This document shows, one piece after another, positions 58,746-64,000 of a stretch of 64,000 nt of DNA (the first letter of the stretch is position 1; every line of letters starts with the position of its first letter). Source of the DNA: a virus; the IMG/VR virus record IMGVR_UViG_3300006931_000007; one strand, given 5' to 3'. The notes under the pieces are model-generated. The model was given only the letters and a program-made list of their open reading frames with translations. It did not search any database and was not told where the DNA came from. Both the position numbers and the translations under genes were made by a program.

Positions 58746-59479
58746 TGCGGTGCTCCACAGGAGATACAGACGCCCCGAGGACTGATGTTGGGCTTGTCGC
58801 AGCATGTTGTATTCTGAATCGAACTTTTCTGAAGGGGCGCCGGGTACTCAGTGACCCATGGACTATCAGGGAGAACTGATTTGTGGTGGTTTCGCACCTC
58901 TGGGTCAATAGGGTGACGCATAAAATTTATCAACGCTTTGATATCACGCAAAGCCGTCTGCCAATGAAGATCGCAAACAGCCTCGCCATCAAACATAGCT
59001 TTGTCTCGTACTCGCGCTATCGTGCGGTGCTTATCGGCCACCTGATCCTCTTTGATAGGCTTGCCGCCGTTACGCTCCTGAATCCGGCCCAAGCATATCT
59101 CCAGCGGAGTGTCGAGGAACGCCCAGGCCATGCCTCCGTTGGCACGCGACCAATCGCGCCAAGGGCCATAGATAGTGCTTACTACAACGCCCTCGAATAG
59201 AATGAAATCCACCTGCGGATCGCGCGCGACGAATTCCAAAATGTCTTTGGCGGCTTGTTGAGTTTTTATCCGGTCGCAACCAGCTGTGGTCGCGCCCGCC
59301 GCCGCGCGGGTGTAGTCACCAATAATTGCGAGCCCGTTTGGAATATAGGTGACGGGTATGCGACAATCATGCGCGGGCATGACGATAGACTGAACCTGGC
59401 ATAGCGGATCGGTCGCGAGCGAGCGGAGGAGAGTTGTTTTGCCGGAGCCATTACAGCCCCGGATGTTTATGAATTTCAT
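58742..59479 (-). CDS. P-loop kinase (candidate 5-hmdU DNA kinase)
   Basis: N-terminal Walker A RGCNGSGKTTLL. About 245 aa. It is adjacent to the aGPT-Pplase-like and radical SAM genes. Confidence 0.6.
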   Translation of the reverse strand: MKFINIRGCNGSGKTTLLRSLATDPLCQVQSIVMPAHDCRIPVTYIPNGLAIIGDYTRAAAGATTAGCDRIKTQQAAKDILEFVARDPQVDFILFEGVVVSTIYGPWRDWSRANGGMAWAFLDTPLEICLGRIQERNGGKPIKEDQVADKHRTIARVRDKAMFDGEAVCDLHWQTALRDIKALINFMRHPIDPEVRNHHKSVLPDSPWVTEYPAPLQKSSIQNTTCCDKPNISPRGVCISCGAPQ

Positions 59480-59503
59480 GTCGTGCTCCTTTTCGGGTGT
59501 TGC

Positions 59504-60952
59504 TTAATCTATTTGTTTTATTTCGATGAACTGAGCCGGCTCCTGAACAACCGGGGCGCGTTCGATCTTGTGCTTGTAGTCCGGTGAACGGAGGGCCTTG
59601 GCCACGCCGAATATCTCGGAACCGCAAGCGCCTTTTCCTTCGGTTTCGTCGCCGCAGTGGAGACAACCCGACGGCGCGCACTCGGCGACTTCCTCGAATA
59701 GATCAGCGACCTTGTCCCGGGTGTACATCGGAACCTTCTGGCCGTGGCACTGATCCGCCGTGGTGTATTCGCGCCCAACAGACAACCATTTAGGTTCGGA
59801 GGTCCCGGGCTTCCCGCGACGATACTCATAACAGGTCGCATAGGTCATACCCAATTCGGTCGCCCACTTCTGGTACAGCGCATGGGCTTCGAGCCGGTAC
59901 GATTCGACGATGGTGCGTTGGGCACCGGCCTGGTTCTCCGTGAACAAGTCTTGAAAGGCTTTCGCCCGCGCCGGCCCGAACCGCTTTGTCAGGCGTTCGG
60001 TCATCGCCGGAGCCCATGAATAGCCGGCTTCAACGAATTTGACGATGACGTGGTTGTTACCGACCGCGGCGAGCTTTTCAAACAGGCAACGAATATCGTC
60101 ATGGGTTACGATCCCAGGCACTACTGGATTGCACTGAATCGAGGTATAGATGCCCTGGCGGCGAAGCTCGCGGACTTCTTCGAGGTGGGCATCAAGACTA
60201 ATCGCCCCAGGGCTCAACTTTTGCCAGTCCTCGGGATTGCCGGTGTTCAACGATTTCTGGGCGTAGCTGTAGCGATTCTTTTTCAGCAGATCGAACGCCC
60301 AACCCGGATAGGACAGACGGCTGAGAAAGAACACCGGGAGGCCCAAGTCAGTGAACGCCTCGGCGCCGCGCTGGGTGTTATGGTAAACGTCCTCAATCGG
60401 GAGGAAGGGGTCAGTGAAGCTGCTGAAATAGCCGGCAGCTGAAGCGCGGGTCTTGCTCAGCATCTTCCGTACCTGATCGCCATAGTTCAACGGGACACTT
60501 ATCAAACCTGAGCCCCGATAACCGCGGAAGCCGCTGTTGACGTAGCAGAAGGCGCAACCCACGGTACAATAGCCGCCATAGGGTTCCGTCAGGATCGCTT
60601 CGGAGAAACAAGGGCGCGGGCGCGAGCCCTGCTTGTTGTTATCCCGGTCCTGATACCAACCCTGCAACGGCTTCGCGTTCGGTATCCGAAGGTGCGGCAC
60701 GTAGGTCTTGTCATTGAAACCCAAATACACCTTGACCTCACGCATCGACTCGACGGGAGCGTTGCGGATCATACCCACTTTGGCGAGACGGAAACGCGCC
60801 GTCATCCCGGTCAGCTCATCGAATTCCTCTTCAATTGGTCCGAGGAATTCCCGCTGGTTAGGATCGGGACGCATGAAATAATTGTAGGCTTCCTGGGCTT
60901 GTTCACCAGTATCGCCTTTGAGCCATTCGGTGTGGTCAGATTCGGATTGCAA
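59504..60952 (-). CDS. radical SAM enzyme
   Basis: CX3CX2C cluster in YGGYCTVGCAFCYV. TTG start, 8 nt after AGGAG. Confidence 0.8.
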   Translation of the reverse strand: MQSESDHTEWLKGDTGEQAQEAYNYFMRPDPNQREFLGPIEEEFDELTGMTARFRLAKVGMIRNAPVESMREVKVYLGFNDKTYVPHLRIPNAKPLQGWYQDRDNNKQGSRPRPCFSEAILTEPYGGYCTVGCAFCYVNSGFRGYRGSGLISVPLNYGDQVRKMLSKTRASAAGYFSSFTDPFLPIEDVYHNTQRGAEAFTDLGLPVFFLSRLSYPGWAFDLLKKNRYSYAQKSLNTGNPEDWQKLSPGAISLDAHLEEVRELRRQGIYTSIQCNPVVPGIVTHDDIRCLFEKLAAVGNNHVIVKFVEAGYSWAPAMTERLTKRFGPARAKAFQDLFTENQAGAQRTIVESYRLEAHALYQKWATELGMTYATCYEYRRGKPGTSEPKWLSVGREYTTADQCHGQKVPMYTRDKVADLFEEVAECAPSGCLHCGDETEGKGACGSEIFGVAKALRSPDYKHKIERAPVVQEPAQFIEIKQID

Positions 60953-60978
60953 GGGGGTATCTCCTATGAATGAGAAAA

Positions 60979-61008
60979 AGTCTACTCCAGGACGGGGCGA
61001 GAAGTAAA
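60979..61008 (-). promoter_or_regulatory. candidate internal promoter TTTACT-N18-TAGACT
   Basis: A family member with a weaker -10, lying in the 72-nt gap between the PLP and radical SAM genes. Confidence 0.4.
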
Positions 61009-61024
61009 CTATTATTACTTGGAT

Positions 61025-61873
61025 TTAATCGCCGATATTCCAGAAAACTATTGGCTTTCCGGTCGCTACCAGGCCGGCCAGGACTTCGGGCTTGCTGAGG
61101 AACTTCCACGCCTTCGCGTCATAGAACTTGTTACATGGGAAGGGCACATCAATGTCGCGCGCGGCGTCGGCGTAGCCGTAGCCTTCGTCAACGAATTGAA
61201 TGTTAGGCCCGAGCGGGAAACCAACACAACTTTCAATATATTTCCGGGTGGCCTCCTCGCTCCGCGAATAACCCATGTGGAGTATGACCTGATAATTCTT
61301 CAGGAAACCGGCATAATGGAAGCCCTTCAGGACGCCCGCGGCGACGGTCCCCGAACTGATACTGAGCACCAGAATTCCGGTCAGCGGGATATTGCCCAAC
61401 AGACACGTCCGTTCAGCTTCCACGGCGTTTTCGGTGATCGACTCGGGGAGCTTCAGCGCGTTGGGCATCAGGTAGGAATCGGACCAACCCGCGGCCAATT
61501 GTTTCTTCGCTTGGTGGAACAGGACGGAGGAACGCCCGGCCTGTAGCGTTACCATCTGGGCGCCGAAGCCGTGGGCATACTGTTGCTGCTTCCTCGGGAA
61601 GCCCTCAGCGGGGTCCGCTTTATAGCGCGGCCAGAAGTTCACGGCGACCTTCCCGAGCTGCTGACAGACGTAGCTCACGCACCAACCGGCCTTGGAGTGG
61701 AATGTGTCGAGCACGCCAATAAACTTTTCGTCTCGCGCTTCGATATGAGCAACCACCCCTCGCATCTTACTGAAGGACGGCCCCGGGAACGGGGCGCAAA
61801 GGTCCTCGCGCTTGACGAGGATCGGAATGCCGTTGAGCTGGTAGGTCTCCAGCGGAGTATTGTTGACTAGCAC
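61025..61873 (-). CDS. fold-type II PLP-dependent enzyme (ACC deaminase / Trp-synthase beta-like)
   Basis: ILVKREDLCAPFPGPSFSKMRGV parallels the KRxDL...NKxRK lysine motif of the ACC-deaminase/D-Cys desulfhydrase family. GTG start. Confidence 0.65.
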   Translation of the reverse strand: MLVNNTPLETYQLNGIPILVKREDLCAPFPGPSFSKMRGVVAHIEARDEKFIGVLDTFHSKAGWCVSYVCQQLGKVAVNFWPRYKADPAEGFPRKQQQYAHGFGAQMVTLQAGRSSVLFHQAKKQLAAGWSDSYLMPNALKLPESITENAVEAERTCLLGNIPLTGILVLSISSGTVAAGVLKGFHYAGFLKNYQVILHMGYSRSEEATRKYIESCVGFPLGPNIQFVDEGYGYADAARDIDVPFPCNKFYDAKAWKFLSKPEVLAGLVATGKPIVFWNIGD

Positions 61874-62178
61874 GGTTCAATCTCCCAATAGGTCTCGGCG
61901 TGATTCAGGCCCGGGGTGCCGTCTTTCTTGAGCACAAACCCGGTTGCGCGCCAGTGGAATTGCCCGCGGCCCTCGCTGATTAAGGCTATGCGCACAACTT
62001 GCATACTGCTTCCGCGATACGAATAGCCGGTGATTTCGACAATGTCCCCGGGCTTCGCCGGGGATTCAACCAAGCTGGCCTCCGTGTATTTCTCTAACTC
62101 CTCTCGCGCCATCCGCACGGCTTGTTCCAGGCGTTGTAATTCGGCGACTCGGGCGCCGCTCATTTTGACTATGGTCAT
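61867..62178 (-). CDS. hypothetical protein inside the hypermodification operon
   Basis: Start moved to ATG 62178 (AAGGAAA upstream, directly after the upstream stop). Confidence 0.55.
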   Translation of the reverse strand: MTIVKMSGARVAELQRLEQAVRMAREELEKYTEASLVESPAKPGDIVEITGYSYRGSSMQVVRIALISEGRGQFHWRATGFVLKKDGTPGLNHAETYWEIEPC

Positions 62179-62180
62179 CA

Positions 62181-63053
62181 CTATTTCCTTTTGGGCATGC
62201 AATCGAGAAACTGTGCAGCCGCCGGGCTATCCGACACCCAGGGCTCCAATCCGTTGTTTATTTCGTCAATATCGTTCCAGAGCGGATAGTGACCATTCAT
62301 GTGGCTTTTCCACTTACACAGAACGGTCTCAACCTCCTGAATGTTGATGGCGCGGTCGCCGAGCGGCGGCGCGCGGTGCTTTGCAAAGGTCTTTTCAAGA
62401 TAGGCTGTGACACCTTTCAAGATAACCTCGCGCTTCGGCTTCGCCCCTTCCGGGTACTTGTGCGCCTCACGCTGTTCCCAGAGCATCATCGCCGCCTTCT
62501 CCGGGTCCTTGAACATGAATACTGCGGCGGCGTCGAAATCAACCCGAACGCCCAACACACGGTCGATCATGTCTGCGATCTTGAACCCAATCCATGGACC
62601 GAAGCCCCAGTGGCTTTGAGCCCGAGAAGATACCAGCCCCATCGTGAGCGGTATCTGATCATTGGTCGCATACATGTAATATACCATGTTCTCCGGCTGA
62701 TTGCCGTAGCGTTGGCGTAGGGCTTCCACCGCGTCAGTCGCTATCTTCGCCCGGAAGTGACGGCGCTCATGCCCCCGCGGCCAGCGACCTCCAGCCGGCG
62801 ACTCGCGTTCATTCAACGCGGCCTCGCGCATCCAGAACCAGAAGTCATTCCCTTCGTGTTCGCTCAGAAAGCTCGCGACGCCTGCGTGGTAGTAGCACCA
62901 ATAGGCGATAAGCCAACGCTGTACCTGAGCAAGATTGTAAGCCCCATTTTGTCGAGCGTCTACAAGCGCAACATAAATCGGGTCGAGGTCATAGCTGGTC
63001 AAGAGGTGATCGCCGAACGTTTCAATGTCCAGCCTTTCGTAATTACGGCTCAT
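62181..63053 (-). CDS. aGPT-Pplase-like protein, paralogue 2 (tentative)
   Basis: 290 aa. It shares with 57822..58745 a C-terminal E-x3-LC-x-(F/W)-x-K motif ([12 protein letters not shown] versus VEHSLCEFDKY). The N-terminal DLDPIYVAL pattern is recalled for clade-2 enzymes. Confidence 0.45.
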   Translation of the reverse strand: MSRNYERLDIETFGDHLLTSYDLDPIYVALVDARQNGAYNLAQVQRWLIAYWCYYHAGVASFLSEHEGNDFWFWMREAALNERESPAGGRWPRGHERRHFRAKIATDAVEALRQRYGNQPENMVYYMYATNDQIPLTMGLVSSRAQSHWGFGPWIGFKIADMIDRVLGVRVDFDAAAVFMFKDPEKAAMMLWEQREAHKYPEGAKPKREVILKGVTAYLEKTFAKHRAPPLGDRAINIQEVETVLCKWKSHMNGHYPLWNDIDEINNGLEPWVSDSPAAAQFLDCMPKRK

Positions 63054-63061
63054 GCGGGCTC

Positions 63062-63088
63062 CCGAAAAGAGGAGGGCCAGAGCCCTCC
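63062..63088 (-). terminator. intrinsic terminator upstream of the hypermodification operon
   Basis: Minus strand reads GGAGGGC-TCTG-GCCCTCC followed by TCTTTTCGG. Confidence 0.65.
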
Positions 63089-63095
63089 CAATCTT

Positions 63096-63557
63096 TTAGT
63101 GTTTTGTTTTGGACGGTTTGTGCGCGGTCCGACGCCGCAAGGGCGTTCTTTCGGTCGCATGCTTTGGAATTCGGCAACCCTTCGGCATGATCAGGTGAAA
63201 GTGCTCCTGACCCGTTGAGTCAAATTCCGAGCGAACGCCATAGCCCTTCTGTTTCAAGTCCCATCCGAACCCGGAGCGGACAGTGGCCTCAGTCCAAGGC
63301 CGCGAGCCCCCAGAAAGCGCCTCAATCAGCTCGCTCATCGTCGCGCCTTCCGGTTTCCGCAACATATCCACGAGAATGGACTGCTTGGTGCCAGCAAGGC
63401 AGGATTTGAGCGGGTATCCGGGCGGCTGAAGGTTCGTACCACGCAGAAAGATTCGAGCGGCGACGTGGCGCCGAGTATCGGCCCGGCGGTCACTGCTCTT
63501 TCGCCGTTCCGGTTGAAACGGCGGGGGTTTTTGCTTACTATCTGTTGAAAAGTTCAT
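63096..63557 (-). CDS. winged-helix-like DNA-binding protein candidate, paralogue 1
   Basis: Start moved to ATG 63557, 8 nt after GGAG. A basic N-terminus is followed by ILVDMLRKPEGATMSELIEAL...WTEATVRSGFGWDLKQKGYGV. Confidence 0.6.
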   Translation of the reverse strand: MNFSTDSKQKPPPFQPERRKSSDRRADTRRHVAARIFLRGTNLQPPGYPLKSCLAGTKQSILVDMLRKPEGATMSELIEALSGGSRPWTEATVRSGFGWDLKQKGYGVRSEFDSTGQEHFHLIMPKGCRIPKHATERTPLRRRTAHKPSKTKH

Positions 63558-63564
63558 AACGTAT

Positions 63565-63575
63565 GCTCCATTTCT
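63565..63575 (-). promoter_or_regulatory. conserved leader/SD box AGAAATGGAGC (copy 9)
   Basis: Exact 11-mer. Confidence 0.6.
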
Positions 63576-63645
63576 AGCGTCCGATAATGGACGGAGGTTC
63601 AACCGTAAAATATCGAGCAGAAAAAGTAAAGCGGGTACGTTATTT

Positions 63646-64000
63646 TTATTCTGTCACCGGGTCAAACAGAGAAGTCTGCTTGGCCTGGGCGGCAGCTTGG
63701 GCCTTCGCTTTTCCGCGCAACGGCGTATGGGCCGGCACAGAATAGCCTAGGGTGACTACCAGTTCAAAACGCTCAACGCCTTCTTCATCCACAAAGGATT
63801 GGACGCCGTAGCCTTTCTGTTTCAGGTCCCAACCGAAGCCCGAGCGAACGGTGGCTTCAATCCAGGGTTTTTTGCCGAACGCGAGACCGGCGATCAGTTG
63901 TTCCATCGTCACACCGCCTTTGGTTTGGAGGAGGTCAACCAACGCGGCTTGTTTCGAGCCGGCGCGGCATGGGCGAGGAGCCTTGTGATCATCGGGTGCG
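63646..64000 (-). CDS. winged-helix-like DNA-binding protein candidate, paralogue 2 (N-terminus beyond window)
   Basis: The frame stays open upstream of the track start (…APRPCRAGSKQAALVDLLQTKGGVTMEQLIAGL...). This parallels …LKSCLAGTKQSILVDMLRKPEGATMSELIEAL in paralogue 1, so the gene is 5'-truncated by the window edge. Confidence 0.6.
   Translation of the reverse strand, partial: APDDHKAPRPCRAGSKQAALVDLLQTKGGVTMEQLIAGLAFGKKPWIEATVRSGFGWDLKQKGYGVQSFVDEEGVERFELVVTLGYSVPAHTPLRGKAKAQAAAQAKQTSLFDPVTE

Noticed and set aside
63602-63630. A promoter of the TTTACT family upstream of 63557 (TTTACT at 63625-63630).
   Set aside because: No acceptable -10 lies at 16-18 nt (TACGGT at best). TATTTT lies at only 12 nt. 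I did not list it as a feature.

Overview
The window reads as one contiguous tailed dsDNA phage genome, or a prophage with no visible borders. It is siphovirus-like, with a 964-aa tape measure and a G/GT chaperone. It is GC-rich by eye, and every credible gene lies on the minus strand, often joined by ATGA or short overlaps.

Transcription order, from high to low coordinates:
- 64000-63096: two paralogous wHTH-like genes.
- 63053-56174: a predicted thymidine-hypermodification operon. It holds a ThyA-like enzyme, a P-loop kinase, two aGPT-Pplase-like paralogues, a radical SAM enzyme and a PLP enzyme.
- 56181-49273: nucleotide-pool and replication genes. These are an HD hydrolase, a DUF3310-like protein, family A DNA polymerase, dCMP deaminase, a VRR-NUC nuclease, an HTH protein and a primase-helicase.
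- 49276-36388: about 30 small early genes. They include two MazG-like genes, a DnaQ-like exonuclease, a PEP-CTERM protein and an ImmA-like peptidase.
- 36297-35927: AT-rich repeat island B.
- 35761-5174: the morphogenesis block. It runs from terminase, an SASA esterase, portal and capsid, through an embedded lysis cassette, to a GTA-like tail with duplicated fibres.
- 5172-4827: AT-rich repeat island A.
- 4746-1: an SNF2 helicase, three unassigned genes and a RecD/Dda-like helicase truncated by the window edge.

Most interesting observations:
- the hypermodification operon;
- the two homologous AT-rich iteron islands that bracket the 30.6-kb structural block;
- an exact 11-mer leader box repeated 9 times;
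- a phage-specific TTTACT-N16-18-TATACT promoter family;
- a phage-borne PEP-CTERM protein.

I saw no rRNA, CRISPR array, integrase or transposase. tRNAs cannot be excluded without a scanner. All family assignments come from motifs read by eye and remembered family signatures, not from searches.
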